Below, one piece after another: positions 1-9,616 of a DNA stretch of 64,000 nucleotides. The notes under the pieces were generated by a model. The model was not told the DNA's origin. It saw only the letters and a program-made list of their open reading frames with translations, and searched no databases. The DNA comes from Armatimonadota bacterium (lineage in GTDB: Bacteria > Sysuimicrobiota > Sysuimicrobiia > Sysuimicrobiales > Humicultoraceae), in NCBI GenBank assembly GCA_037443565.1, contig JBBIOB010000010.1, forward strand, positions 1,329 through 65,328, written 5' to 3'. Made by a program: the position numbers and the translations under genes. The stretch's first letter is position 1. Each line of letters opens with the position of its first letter.

Positions 1-228
1 GGCCACCATGATGGGCTTGCGGCCCCACCGGTCGGCCACGCCGCCCCAGGCCGTCTTGAAGAACGTCTCGGTGAGCGCGAACGTCGCGACGACCACGCCG
101 ACCAGCTTGACGCTCGCGTCGAGCTGCTCGGTGAGGTAGATCGGCAGGAGCGGCAGGATCACGGCAAACCCGAGCTGTGCCGTGCCGAGGACGATGACGA
201 TGCGCCAGACCGCGTGCGCGCCCGTCAA
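1..228 (-). CDS. MFS transporter, N-terminal part only (gene runs off the window start)
   Basis: Minus-strand translation gives ...AHAVWRIVIVLGTAQLGFAVILPLLPIYLTEQLDASVKLVGVVVATFALTETFFKTAWGGVADRWGRKPIMV, with the MFS motif G-x-x-x-D-R-x-G-R-K in loop 2-3. The start codon is uncertain (TTG near 228). Confidence 0.45.
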   Translation of the reverse strand, partial: MTGAHAVWRIVIVLGTAQLGFAVILPLLPIYLTEQLDASVKLVGVVVATFALTETFFKTAWGGVADRWGRKPIMVA

Positions 229-962
229 CGTGCGCCCACCCGGGCCGCGGCGGCGGCCGCCGCGCGCTGCTCCTCCTCATCGGGCAGCGGCGCGAGTGTC
301 GCATCGCGGTGCCGACGGCGCAGGGCCACCTCAACGAGGCGGTCCGCGAACCACGCGTTCTTCGGCAGCAGCGGCCCGTGCAGGTAGGTACCGTACACCG
401 ACTTCCAGACCGCGCCCTCGGTCCGGTCCTCGCCGTTGTTCCCGAAGCCGGCGACGACCGTCCCTAGCGGCCGCGCGCCTGATCCCAGCCGCGTGCGGCC
501 GCCGTGGTTCTCGAACCCGACGAGGATCTGTCCTGAGGCCGGATCGCGCACGACGACGTTACCGATCAGCCGCCGGGCGCCCGGACCGGGATGAACGGTG
601 GCCAGATCGAGCAGCCCCAGGCCCTCGAGGTCCGGGCCATCGGAGGGCCGGTAGACGTGCCCGAGCAGCTGGTAGCCGCCGCACACCGCGAGCACCACGG
701 CACCGTCTTCGGCCGCCTCGCGCAGCGCCGATCCCTTGACCGTGCGCAGGTCGGGCGCGGCGAGCCGCTGCTGGCGGTCCTCGCCGCCGCCGATGAAGTA
801 GAGATCGCTGGCGTGCGGGTCGATCCCATCGTCCAAGCGCGCTTCGATCAGACGGACGCCGATGCCCCGCCACTGCGCGCGGCGGATCAAGGTGACGATG
901 TTGCCGCGATCGCCGTAGAGATTGAGCAGGTCGGGGTAGAGGTGGCAGATCCGCAGGTCCAT
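225..962 (-). CDS. gatD: Lipid II isoglutaminyl synthase, glutaminase subunit (CobB/CobQ-like class-I glutamine amidotransferase)
   Basis: GATase1-like sequence (…VCGGYQLLGH…) lying immediately downstream of a MurT-like Mur-ligase gene, which is the canonical murT-gatD arrangement. Confidence 0.75.
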   Translation of the reverse strand: MDLRICHLYPDLLNLYGDRGNIVTLIRRAQWRGIGVRLIEARLDDGIDPHASDLYFIGGGEDRQQRLAAPDLRTVKGSALREAAEDGAVVLAVCGGYQLLGHVYRPSDGPDLEGLGLLDLATVHPGPGARRLIGNVVVRDPASGQILVGFENHGGRTRLGSGARPLGTVVAGFGNNGEDRTEGAVWKSVYGTYLHGPLLPKNAWFADRLVEVALRRRHRDATLAPLPDEEEQRAAAAAAARVGAR

Positions 963-969
963 GGCGTCC

Positions 970-2361
970 CTACTGCTTCCAGAACCCACTGACGTACCCC
1001 TTGCGGGCCAGCAGGTCGCGCAGGCGCAGCATCGCGGTGTACGTGGGCAGGACGTAGAGCCGCTCGCCTTCCCGCAAGGCGCCGCGGGCCTGCTCGAGCG
1101 CGCGCCAGCCGTCGTGTTCCAGCGTCACCCGTTCGGACGGCACGCCCGCGTACTTGAGCCGCAGCGCCATGTCGTCCGCCCGGATTCCGGTCACCACGAC
1201 CGTCCGGGCCCGGTCTCGCAGCATCTCGAAGTCCACATCCCACAACCACGAGATGTCGCGGCCGTCGGCGGCGAGGTCGTTGATCGCAACGAGGACCACC
1301 GGAGCCGGCTCGGCCAGCAGCACGGTGCGCAACACCTCGTTGAATCCCGCCGGGTTCTTGGCCAGGAGGAAGACCAGCTCGCGGCCGTCGATGACCACAT
1401 GCTCGCCGCGGCCAAAGGCCGGGGCCGTCTCCGCGATGCCCTGCGCGATGACCTGCGGGTCGATGCCGAGCGCGAGCGCGGCCGCAGCGGCGGCGGTGAC
1501 GTCGTAGACGTTGTACAGCCCGGGCAGCACCGTATCGACCGCAAGCGATGCGGCGTCGAACGTGACGGAGGCCGCAGAGCCGTCCGCGCCGCGCAGGCGG
1601 ATGTCGCGGGCGCGCACCTGCGGGGCCGGACGCACGGTCCCGCACTGCGGGCAGCGGTAGTGCCCCATGTGCCCGAGCGTCACCAGCGTGTACTCGTACA
1701 GGCGTCCGCACCGGTAGCAGTAGCGGGCATCGGCGGCGTGTTCGAGCGTGCGGGCGTCGTGCCCACGCGCGGGAGCCTCCTCGAGACCGAAGCTCAGCGC
1801 GGGGCCCCGATGCGCGCGACCCACGTCAGCCACCATGGGATCATCGGCGTTGTAGACCACCGCGGCCTCCGGCGGCAGCCCGGCCAGCGCCCGGCGCCAG
1901 CGCTCGGCGATGATGTCGATCTCGCCGTACCGGTCGAGCTGATCGCGGAAGAGGTTGAGCAGCACGACGACGCGCGGCCGCGTCGCCAGAACGGCGCCGG
2001 GTAGCGTGAACTCGTCCACCTCGAACAGGCCGACCTCGCCGTCGGGACGGCCCGCGGGCGTGCTGCGCTCGATCAGCGCGGCAGTGATGCCGGAGAGCAG
2101 GTTCGCGCCGGCGCGGTTGTGGATGGTCCGGAGCCCCGCGGCCGCCAGGATGCCGCTCAGCAGGCGCGCGGTGGTGGTCTTCCCGTTCGTGCCCGAGACC
2201 AGCAGCACGCCGCCGGGCAGGCGGCCGCTCAAGCGGCCGGTAATGCCGGGCGCCACCCAGGCCGCCAGGCGGCCCGGGAGGGTGGTCCCACCGCCGGCGC
2301 GGACCGCGCGGCTGGCAGCGGCCGCCAAGCGGGCGGCGGCAATCGCCGCCACATCACGCAT
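970..2361 (-). CDS. murT: Lipid II isoglutaminyl synthase, Mur-ligase-like subunit
   Basis: Mur ligase P-loop (VSGTNGKTTTARLL), a four-Cys zinc ribbon (CYRCGRLYEY…CPQCG) and a C-terminal DUF1727-like region. Paired with the gatD-like gene. Confidence 0.85.
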   Translation of the reverse strand: MRDVAAIAAARLAAAASRAVRAGGGTTLPGRLAAWVAPGITGRLSGRLPGGVLLVSGTNGKTTTARLLSGILAAAGLRTIHNRAGANLLSGITAALIERSTPAGRPDGEVGLFEVDEFTLPGAVLATRPRVVVLLNLFRDQLDRYGEIDIIAERWRRALAGLPPEAAVVYNADDPMVADVGRAHRGPALSFGLEEAPARGHDARTLEHAADARYCYRCGRLYEYTLVTLGHMGHYRCPQCGTVRPAPQVRARDIRLRGADGSAASVTFDAASLAVDTVLPGLYNVYDVTAAAAAALALGIDPQVIAQGIAETAPAFGRGEHVVIDGRELVFLLAKNPAGFNEVLRTVLLAEPAPVVLVAINDLAADGRDISWLWDVDFEMLRDRARTVVVTGIRADDMALRLKYAGVPSERVTLEHDGWRALEQARGALREGERLYVLPTYTAMLRLRDLLARKGYVSGFWKQ

Positions 2362-2408
2362 GGGACACGGCGGAGGAACGCGTGTGATGAGGAACGGCCG
2401 GACGGCGG

Positions 2409-3302
2409 CTAGAAGCGGCGGGCCCCCAGGTAGCGTGGCGCGTAGTAGCCATGGTCCATCGCGGTGATCAGCACGCGGCCGGCGCCCGACGATGCATGGA
2501 TGAATTTCCCGTCGCCGAGGTAGATGCCCGCGTGTGACGGCCCGGGCCGCAGCGTCTGGAAGAAGACCAGATCGCCGGCCTGCAGGCCCTCCCGCGGCAC
2601 CGGCACGCCCGCATCATACATGTTGAAGGTCGTCCGCGGCAACGCCACACCCATGCGGCCATACACATGGACCATGAATCCCGAGCAGTCGAATCCGCTG
2701 GGGGTGGTGCCGCCCCACCGGTACCGCACGCCGAGGTAGCGCCTGGACAGCGCCAGGAGCTCCGAGGTCCACTGCTCGCCGCGCGAGGGCAGCGCCGCCA
2801 GACGCCGCCGGGCGGATTCGAGCGCTTCGGCGGACGGCGGTGCCCCGACCGACGCCTGGCGCGTCTCGGCAGCACCGGGAACTTTCAACTGCTGCCCGAT
2901 CCTCAGGATCCCCTCAACCGGGATGCCGTTGAGCGCGGCAATGTGCTCGGGCCGCGTCCCGTAGCGCCGCGCGATGTTCCAGAGGGTGTCGCCGGCCTGC
3001 ACATGGTGCACGCGCGCTGAAGGCGCGCGTGCCGATGAGGCGCCCGTCGCAGGGCTCGAGCCCGCCGGCACCTTGAGCACCCGCCCGATGGAGAGGATGC
3101 CGTCCACCTCGATGCCGTTCATTGCCGCCAGGCGCTCCGGGCTCGTGCCGAAGCGGCGGGCGATGCTCCACAGCGTGTCGCCCTGCTGGACACGATAGGA
3201 CTGGGTGGCTGTCGATGGCGCCGGCGGCGCCGCGGCGGGTGGGACGACGATCAGGAGCAGAGCGAACGCGACGACGAGCGCAGTGGCTGTGCTACCCCGC
3301 AC
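2409..3302 (-). CDS. Peptidoglycan endopeptidase with signal peptide, two LysM repeats and a C-terminal NlpC/P60 domain
   Basis: Two LysM repeats (YRVQQGDTLWSIARRFG…, HHVQAGDTLWNIARRYG…) and an NlpC/P60 catalytic region (GFDCSGFMVHVY…HAGIYLGDGKFIHASS). Confidence 0.85.
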   Translation of the reverse strand: MRGSTATALVVAFALLLIVVPPAAAPPAPSTATQSYRVQQGDTLWSIARRFGTSPERLAAMNGIEVDGILSIGRVLKVPAGSSPATGASSARAPSARVHHVQAGDTLWNIARRYGTRPEHIAALNGIPVEGILRIGQQLKVPGAAETRQASVGAPPSAEALESARRRLAALPSRGEQWTSELLALSRRYLGVRYRWGGTTPSGFDCSGFMVHVYGRMGVALPRTTFNMYDAGVPVPREGLQAGDLVFFQTLRPGPSHAGIYLGDGKFIHASSGAGRVLITAMDHGYYAPRYLGARRF

Positions 3303-3389
3303 TTCTCCCCCCAGGCAGAGTATCCCGGCCTACTCGCATACTAGCATTCCCTTCGCCCGGGGCCGCTAGTCCCCCTGCCGCGTGCGACG

Positions 3390-4280
3390 TCACATCGCGC
3401 GCAGGCGGCGGACGCGCTCCTCAACGGGCGGATGCGTGTTGAAGCGGTCGTTGAGCCATCCGCCCCACTCGTGCAGGGGGTTGATGATGTACAGGTGCGC
3501 GGTGGCCTTGTTCGCGACCTCCAGCGGCTCCCGGTCCGCGCCGATCTTCTCGAGCGCGCTGGCCAGACCCTCGGGATACCGGGTGAGCATCGCCCCCGAC
3601 GCGTCGGCCAGGAATTCTCGGTTGCGCGAGATCGCCAGGCGGAGCACCTGCGCGAAGAGCGGCGCCAACACCGCGAGGATGAGCCCGACCAGCGCGATGA
3701 TCCCCGCCGCGCCGCTCCCCCGCCGACCGCGTCCGCCGCCCCGGCGGTCCCAGAGTAGGCTGCGCCGGAAGATGTCGCTCATCATCACGACGAGGCCCAC
3801 CATGATCGTCGCGACCGTCGCCAAGCGGATGTCGTAGTTCCTGATGTGCGCCATCTCGTGGGCAATGACCCCTTCCAGCTCGAGCCGGTTGAGCTTGCCC
3901 AGCAGGCCTTTGGTCACCGCGATGGCAGCGTGCTCGGGGTCGCGTCCGGTCGCAAACGCGTTGGGCGCCGAGTCGTCGATCAGGTAGATGCGGGGCGTGG
4001 GAATCCCGGCGGCGATCGCCAGCCCCTCGACGGCGTTGTACAGGTAGGGGTACTGGTCGCGCGGTGCCTCCCGGGCGCGGCTGATCGCCAGGACGATCCG
4101 GTCGCTGTAGTAGTACGATCCCCACGCGCCCGCAAGCGCCAGCCCCGCCGCCAGGGCCACGCCGCCGTACCCGAAGTCGAAGGTTTCGCCGAGCGCATAG
4201 CCCAGGGCGACGACCACGACGGCGAACAGGAGGAACAGGAGCCAGGTGCCCCTGACGTTTCGTTCGATGGCCTCGTACAT
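3390..4280 (-). CDS. htpX: Zinc metalloprotease HtpX (M48 family)
   Basis: HEMAH zinc motif, N-terminal transmembrane helices, and overall HtpX-like architecture. Confidence 0.85.
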   Translation of the reverse strand: MYEAIERNVRGTWLLFLLFAVVVVALGYALGETFDFGYGGVALAAGLALAGAWGSYYYSDRIVLAISRAREAPRDQYPYLYNAVEGLAIAAGIPTPRIYLIDDSAPNAFATGRDPEHAAIAVTKGLLGKLNRLELEGVIAHEMAHIRNYDIRLATVATIMVGLVVMMSDIFRRSLLWDRRGGGRGRRGSGAAGIIALVGLILAVLAPLFAQVLRLAISRNREFLADASGAMLTRYPEGLASALEKIGADREPLEVANKATAHLYIINPLHEWGGWLNDRFNTHPPVEERVRRLRAM

Positions 4281-4298
4281 GCGGGCAGCGCGCCGAGG

Positions 4299-4850
4299 CT
4301 AGAACTTGACCGCGACCGGTCTCCGGGCCTCCTCTTCCATCTCGAAGTACTCTCGGGGCCCGAACCCAAGGCTCTGCGCGATGAGCACGGCCGGGAATGC
4401 CTGCCGGGTGTTGTTGTAGCGCAGGACGGTATCGTTGTAGAACTGCCGCGCGAACGCGATCTTGCTCTCGGTGCCGCTCAGCTCCTCCTGGAGCTGCATG
4501 AAGTTCTCGCTGGCCCGCAGCTGCGGGTAGTTCTCGGCGACGGCAAACAGGCTGCGCAGCGCCTGTGTCAGCATGTTCTCGGCCTGGCTGTGCTCGCCCA
4601 CCGTGCCCGCGGCGATCGCCCTTGCCCGGGCCTCGGTGACCCGCTCGAAGACCTCGCGCTCGTGTGTCGCGTAGCCCTTGACCGTCTCGACCAGGTTGGG
4701 AATCAGGTCGTACCGTCGGCGGAGCTGGACGTCGATCTGGGACCAGGCATTGTCGATCCGGTTGCGGAACACGACCAGCCCGTTGTACAGAAGGACGACG
4801 TAGAGCGCCACGAGCACCAGGACGCCGAGGACCAACAGCCAAGAAGACAC
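4299..4850 (-). CDS. lemA: LemA family membrane protein
   Basis: N-terminal TM helix followed by the LemA pattern ([45 protein letters not shown]). Forms a lemA-htpX pair, as commonly seen. Confidence 0.8.
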   Translation of the reverse strand: MSSWLLVLGVLVLVALYVVLLYNGLVVFRNRIDNAWSQIDVQLRRRYDLIPNLVETVKGYATHEREVFERVTEARARAIAAGTVGEHSQAENMLTQALRSLFAVAENYPQLRASENFMQLQEELSGTESKIAFARQFYNDTVLRYNNTRQAFPAVLIAQSLGFGPREYFEMEEEARRPVAVKF

Positions 4851-4986
4851 CGATCCACCTCCTCACCGGACGTTGCCCGACGAACCGGGTACTGCTTCTT
4901 CGCCGCAGGAACAATCCCCTAGCCCCGGTCTGTTATAATGGCCACAAGATTACGCTCTGCGCCGACCGTAGAAGGGGGATCCTGTC

Positions 4987-5502
4987 GTGCGCGTGATGAA
5001 GGTCCGCCGGGTCGCGCTCGACCAGCAGAACAACCCGGTCGTGCTGCTGGTCGACGAGGAAGAGACCATGGCCCTGCCGATCTGGATCGGCCAGGCCGAA
5101 GCGATGGCCATCGCGATGCGCCTGCAGGGGGTCCAGCCGCCGCGGCCGATGACCCACGACCTCCTCCAGACGGTCCTGGAGCAGCTCTCGGCCAAGGTCA
5201 CGCGCATCGTCGTAAGCGACGTGCGCGACCAGACGTACTTCGCCGAGATCCACCTGGCCCGCAACGGCTCGGCCCTGGTCATCGACTCCCGACCCAGCGA
5301 CGCGATCGCGCTCGCGTTGCGGGTCGACGCGCCGATCTTCGTCGAGGACAAGGTCGCCTCCCAGGCGATCACGCTGCGCAAAACCCGGAAGGGCGACGGG
5401 GAAGGTCTGACCGAGGAGCCCGGCGAGGAGCTCGACCCGCAGGAGTTCAGGAAGTTCCTCGAGCGCGTCAAGCCCAGCGACTTCGAAGGTCCCGTGCACT
5501 AA
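4987..5502 (+). CDS. Bifunctional nuclease (BFN/DUF151) domain protein
   Basis: BFN-domain pattern (…PVVLLVDEEETMALPIWIGQAEAMAIAMRLQG…RPSDAIALALR…). Start could be GTG at 4987 or ATG at 4993. Confidence 0.55.
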   Translation: MRVMKVRRVALDQQNNPVVLLVDEEETMALPIWIGQAEAMAIAMRLQGVQPPRPMTHDLLQTVLEQLSAKVTRIVVSDVRDQTYFAEIHLARNGSALVIDSRPSDAIALALRVDAPIFVEDKVASQAITLRKTRKGDGEGLTEEPGEELDPQEFRKFLERVKPSDFEGPVH

Positions 5503-5541
5503 CAGCGGGCCGGCGTCCGCCGGCCCGCCGGACGCGGTGTT

Positions 5542-6222
5542 CTATCGCTCGAAGTCCACGTACACGGCGCCGGCCATCTCGGCGCCGACGCGCTTCGGAC
5601 GGCCTTCAACGCGCACGTCGACGTGACGGGCGCCGGCCGACATCACCTCGAACTCCACGCCCGGCAACAGCCCCGCGGCCGTCAGGTCGCGGACGACCTT
5701 CTCATCCCGATCGCTCACCCGCACAATGAGCCCCCGCTGCCCCGGCCTGGCCGAGGAGAGGGCGTGCGCCGCCGGCGTCGCCATGGCGCCGTCGCGCGAC
5801 GGGATGGGATCGCCGTGGGGGTCGAGGTCGGGCTGCCCGAGCGCGCCCGCGATGCGTTCTTCGAGGTCCTCGGAGATGACGTGCTCCAGACGGTCCGCTT
5901 CGTCGTGCACGCGGTCGAGGCTCACCCCCAGGTGCCGGCTGAGGTAGAGCTCGAGCAGCCGGTGATGGCGGATGACCTCGAGGGCCACCTTCTCGCCGGC
6001 CTCGGTGAGCGCGACGCCGCGGTAGGGCTCGTGCCGCACGAGGCGCAGCCTGGCCAGGCGCTTCATCATGTTTGTCACCGACGCCGGAGAGACGCCCAGG
6101 CGCACGGCCAGGCCGTTCGTGGTGACGCGGGCCTCGCCCTGGGCGATCATGTAGATCGCCTTGAGGTAGTCTTCGATGGCCTGGCTGAGCGGCGCGGTCA
6201 TGGCGGCCCCCTCGTCTCTCAT
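5542..6222 (-). CDS. DtxR/IdeR/MntR-family metal-dependent transcriptional repressor with C-terminal FeoA/SH3-like domain
   Basis: N-terminal winged HTH (QAIEDYLKAIYMI…), a metal-binding/dimerisation domain, and a C-terminal FeoA-like domain. Likely start is MTAPLSQ near 6201. Confidence 0.8.
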   Translation of the reverse strand: MRDEGAAMTAPLSQAIEDYLKAIYMIAQGEARVTTNGLAVRLGVSPASVTNMMKRLARLRLVRHEPYRGVALTEAGEKVALEVIRHHRLLELYLSRHLGVSLDRVHDEADRLEHVISEDLEERIAGALGQPDLDPHGDPIPSRDGAMATPAAHALSSARPGQRGLIVRVSDRDEKVVRDLTAAGLLPGVEFEVMSAGARHVDVRVEGRPKRVGAEMAGAVYVDFER

Positions 6223-6252
6223 CCTGCCACAAACAGGCCGGTCACGTACATG

Positions 6253-8400
6253 CTACTCCGGTGGCGCGATGCGCAGCGGGCCGTTGATGTCGGAGGTCCG
6301 CAGGGTCATGAAGTGCGTGGGCTCGAGCATGAGCAGCCGGTGGACCAGGCGCGTGCGCAGCCCGATCCAGGCCGCGAACTCGGCGCCTCCATCCGGCGAC
6401 ATCCAGAGCACGACCCGGCAGGGCTCGTCGCCGCAGCGGCCCGCGCGTCCGCCGATGACCCCCCGGGCATCGCGCATGTAGTACAACGGCCCCTCGACGG
6501 GCACCGGTGACGAGAACTCATAGCGTCTCCACGGGCCGCTGCCGGTCTTCTGGTAGCGCACCGCGCCGAGTGCCACAACTTCGACCCCTGACGACGTACG
6601 AAATCGCTGGCGGTCGGGCGCCTCGGCCTCCAGCCAGGTCAGGTAGACGTTGCCGGCGCCGTCGGTCAACTGCTGCGTCTCGCGCCACGTGCGCACCGCC
6701 TGCCAGGCGGCGCGCGCCTGGTCGAGCAGCCGCACGGCCTCGGGATCCGGCGTGCAGAGCGGCGGCTCGCCCAGGCGCAGCGGAAACGCCGTGGAGGTGT
6801 CGCGTCGTCCGGCGCGCCGGACGACGACCTCGATCTCCCAGAATCCGGGTGCGCCAAGATCGCCGGTCTCGCCGGTGTACTCTCCCGCTTCCTGGTGGAC
6901 GAGGGTGACGGTCCGGCGGTCGAGGTCTTCGTCCAGCTTCAGCGCGCGCACCATGACCTGCACCGGCTCCTCGATCGGCGCGCCGTCGGCGCGTGTGAGG
7001 ACGGCCTCGAGGCGATTCCACCCTGGCAGCGCGGGCGCTATGGTGAGCCGGACGCCGACATCATCGGCGATGCCGGAGAGCAGCACGCGGGCATCCGGGG
7101 CCCGCGCCACCGCCGATCCGGCCGGCGGCGTGATCGTCAGCACAGCCGCGGCGAGCACAACGGCGGCGGCAATCCCCACTTCGCCCGTCGCCAGGGGGCC
7201 GAACGATCCGTGCCGGCGCCGGTTGAGGGCGCCGAGCACCGCAAGCAGGACGGCCACCAAGAGCTTGAATGCCAGGGTCCGACCGTAGGCCGTGTCGAGC
7301 GCGGACCGGATGTCCGGCACCAGGACCCACACGTTGATCACGCCGGTCACCGCGACGACCCCCAGGCTGACCGCGGCGACCATTGAGAATCTGGGCACCA
7401 GCGCCGCGAGCAGCCGGCGACGACCGGCAGGCGTCGCAGCCCGATGTACGAGGAGCAGGGCGGCAAGGCCGCCGATCCATGCCGCCGCGGCCGCGAGATG
7501 CCCGAGGTCGACGGCGGCAGCCCCGATGCCCACGCCTGCGGCATGCGACGCCCAGGTGAAGCTCGCCAGGAGTCCCACGCCGACGACCGCGGAGATCCAG
7601 GCCGATGCTTGAGTGTTTCCGGCCGCGAGGACTGCGAGCACCCATGCCAGCCCGACGCGGGCGAGCGCACCCCACCCGGCACGCGTCTCCAGGACGAACG
7701 CCAGAGTCCGGCCATCGGCCGCAACCGCGCCGACGGGCAGGTCGAACAACGACGCGGCCTGCAGCGCCACCTCGACGATGGTGCCGATGACGAGCGCAAG
7801 CGCGGCCAGCCGGACGGAGGGAACAAGGGGGCGCGCCGTCGCGCCGGGACCGTGACCTGCGCCGTCCTGCGGTTCGGCCGTGGCCTGCGAGAGCGCGTCG
7901 GCCTTCGGCAAGACCGCTGCCTTGAAGATCGCCGCACCTGCCAGGAACAGCGCGGCCAGCAGACCCATCCAGCGAAATGCCGCGCGGGCTGGATCCGCGG
8001 ACCCGGCCGCGGGCCGCGCCGCCTCGGCTGTCAGCGCCTGCCCGATGGCGAAAGCGAAGGACCCGCTCGTGATGTGCCCGTCGACGGCCGACAGCACGCG
8101 CCACCGCACGGTGTAGGCACCGCGCAACAGCGCGGCCGTGTCTACGCGGATCTGTTGCCGATCCCCAGAGACCGCCGACCGATCGGCGACCCGATGTCCG
8201 TCGGCGTCGAAGACGGCCGCGCCGCTGAAGACGGGATCCACGGGCTCGTTGAACCAGAGCACCACTTGTTCGGGGGCCGTCGGCAGGACGGCGTTGGCCG
8301 ATGGGCCCGATCGTACGAGGACGCCGTGGGCGCCGACCACGCCGGCCAACCCCGCCGTCAACCCGATGATGAGTCCGACCAATGAGAGACCGCGTCGCAT
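6253..8400 (-). CDS. Copper resistance CopC-CopD fusion protein (YcnJ-like), paralog 1
   Basis: N-terminal CopC cupredoxin-like domain (HGVLVRSGPSANAVL…YTVRWRVLSAVDGHITSGSFAFAIG), then a polytopic CopD-like membrane domain, then a C-terminal soluble domain. That C-terminal domain is conserved with paralog 2 (…CRVVLWMSPDGGAEFAAWIG…HRLLM). Confidence 0.75.
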   Translation of the reverse strand: MRRGLSLVGLIIGLTAGLAGVVGAHGVLVRSGPSANAVLPTAPEQVVLWFNEPVDPVFSGAAVFDADGHRVADRSAVSGDRQQIRVDTAALLRGAYTVRWRVLSAVDGHITSGSFAFAIGQALTAEAARPAAGSADPARAAFRWMGLLAALFLAGAAIFKAAVLPKADALSQATAEPQDGAGHGPGATARPLVPSVRLAALALVIGTIVEVALQAASLFDLPVGAVAADGRTLAFVLETRAGWGALARVGLAWVLAVLAAGNTQASAWISAVVGVGLLASFTWASHAAGVGIGAAAVDLGHLAAAAAWIGGLAALLLVHRAATPAGRRRLLAALVPRFSMVAAVSLGVVAVTGVINVWVLVPDIRSALDTAYGRTLAFKLLVAVLLAVLGALNRRRHGSFGPLATGEVGIAAAVVLAAAVLTITPPAGSAVARAPDARVLLSGIADDVGVRLTIAPALPGWNRLEAVLTRADGAPIEEPVQVMVRALKLDEDLDRRTVTLVHQEAGEYTGETGDLGAPGFWEIEVVVRRAGRRDTSTAFPLRLGEPPLCTPDPEAVRLLDQARAAWQAVRTWRETQQLTDGAGNVYLTWLEAEAPDRQRFRTSSGVEVVALGAVRYQKTGSGPWRRYEFSSPVPVEGPLYYMRDARGVIGGRAGRCGDEPCRVVLWMSPDGGAEFAAWIGLRTRLVHRLLMLEPTHFMTLRTSDINGPLRIAPPE

Positions 8401-8591
8401 ACGAACCCGCGCCAGATACCCACCGAAGCGATCGTAGCCTAAAACGGGCCGGCCTCACTCGGGTGACGACCGCAGGCGCACATCCGGATGGCCCCGCGCC
8501 TTAAAACCTTCTTAAACACGGGCGCGCCCGCGCCAAGCATCATGGTGATGCAGGATAGCTTCGCAGTTCATGCGAGTCAACACATCGAGAG

Positions 8592-9194
8592 GTGAGGAGC
8601 ATGGCATCCATCAAGCCGCGCCGCACGACCATCGAGGATCCGCCGCTCGCGCGGCTGCTGTTCGGAAGCACGTCCATCGCGTGGCTGTGGCTGATCGCCC
8701 GCAGCTGGCTGGGATACGTCTGGCTGACATCGGCACTGCGCAAGGTCGGCAACGCCGACTGGGTCCAGACCGGGCTCGCTGTCAGGGGGTTCTGGGAGCG
8801 CGCCGTGGCGATCCCGGAGCAGGGACGGCCGCCCATCACCTTCGACTGGTATCGCGGGTTCATCCAGTTCCTCCTGGACACCGGCAGCTACGCCTGGTTC
8901 GGCAAGCTCATCGTCTACGGCGAACTGCTCGTCGGCGTGGCGCTGATCCTGGGCGCGTTCACCGGCATCGCCGCGTTCTTCGCCGCCTTCATGAATTGGA
9001 ACTTCCTGATGGCCGGCACCGTGAGCGTCAGCCCGGTGATGCTCCCGCTGACGATCCTCGTGATCCTGGCCTGGAAGGTGGCCGGATACTACGGGCTGGA
9101 CTCCTACCTGCTCCCGCTGCTGGGGACGCCCTGGCGGAGGGGCCGGGTCTTCGAAAGAGTGCCCGAGGGCCGGCCAGCGCTCTCGCCGGAGTGA
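8592..9194 (+). CDS. DoxX family membrane protein
   Basis: DoxX-like pattern of small hydrophobic segments (…FGKLIVYGELLVGVALILGAFTGIAAF…). Confidence 0.55.
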   Translation: MRSMASIKPRRTTIEDPPLARLLFGSTSIAWLWLIARSWLGYVWLTSALRKVGNADWVQTGLAVRGFWERAVAIPEQGRPPITFDWYRGFIQFLLDTGSYAWFGKLIVYGELLVGVALILGAFTGIAAFFAAFMNWNFLMAGTVSVSPVMLPLTILVILAWKVAGYYGLDSYLLPLLGTPWRRGRVFERVPEGRPALSPE

Positions 9195-9215
9195 CCTCCG
9201 GGGGGCGCGGGATGA

Positions 9216-9420
9216 GTGTCGATTGTGATCGGTCTGGCGGCGTTCCTCGTCGTCAACCCGCTCCTCGCGCTGCGCGCGCCCACGCCGGCAGTCCCCGAGA
9301 CCGGCGACGTCCGCCGTGTCGTGGTGACTATGGCCGGATTCGAGCCTGGCGCGATCCGCGTGCCTGCCGGCGCACCGTTCGCCGTGCACCTCGTCAACCC
9401 CGACAGTCCCTACCCCGGCG
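9216..9420 (+). pseudogene. N-terminal fragment of a cupredoxin (signal peptide plus first beta-strands); remainder apparently displaced to 29331..29513
   Basis: RVVVTMAGFEPGAIRVPAGAPFAVHLVNPDSP aligns with the N-terminal half of the intact cupredoxin at 32796 (SVEVTMRDFAFEPRTIQVRAGTVNFVLTNQGG). After ~9411 the reading frame no longer looks like a cupredoxin. Confidence 0.4.
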
Positions 9421-9616
9421 GGGCCGGAACCAAACAGGGCCGGCTCCGCCGGGGTAGGAATGCGGGGAGCTGCCCGGGCGGCGCCAGGTCGTCAGGCAGG
9501 GGACCCGACCCTGAACGCCCCAGGCGGAGGGCGCCCGGCCAGAGCACGGCCCCCAGGCCCACGACGGCCGCGAGGATCGCACAGGCCAGAAGTGCCGCTC
9601 GGGTACGCCCCATCAC
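9410..9616 (-). CDS. Small membrane-anchored hypothetical protein, start overlapping the stop of the MoeZ-like gene
   Basis: ATGTGATG stop/start overlap with the upstream gene, and an N-terminal TM helix (AALLACAILAAVVGLGAVLW). No recognisable family. Confidence 0.25.
   Translation of the reverse strand: MMGRTRAALLACAILAAVVGLGAVLWPGALRLGRSGSGPLPDDLAPPGQLPAFLPRRSRPCLVPAPPG

Noticed and set aside
3421-4914. 497-aa minus-strand ORF and 358-aa plus-strand ORF overlapping htpX/lemA
   Set aside because: They overlap well-supported HtpX and LemA genes, and their low-complexity Arg/Pro/Gly composition marks them as GC-driven artefacts.
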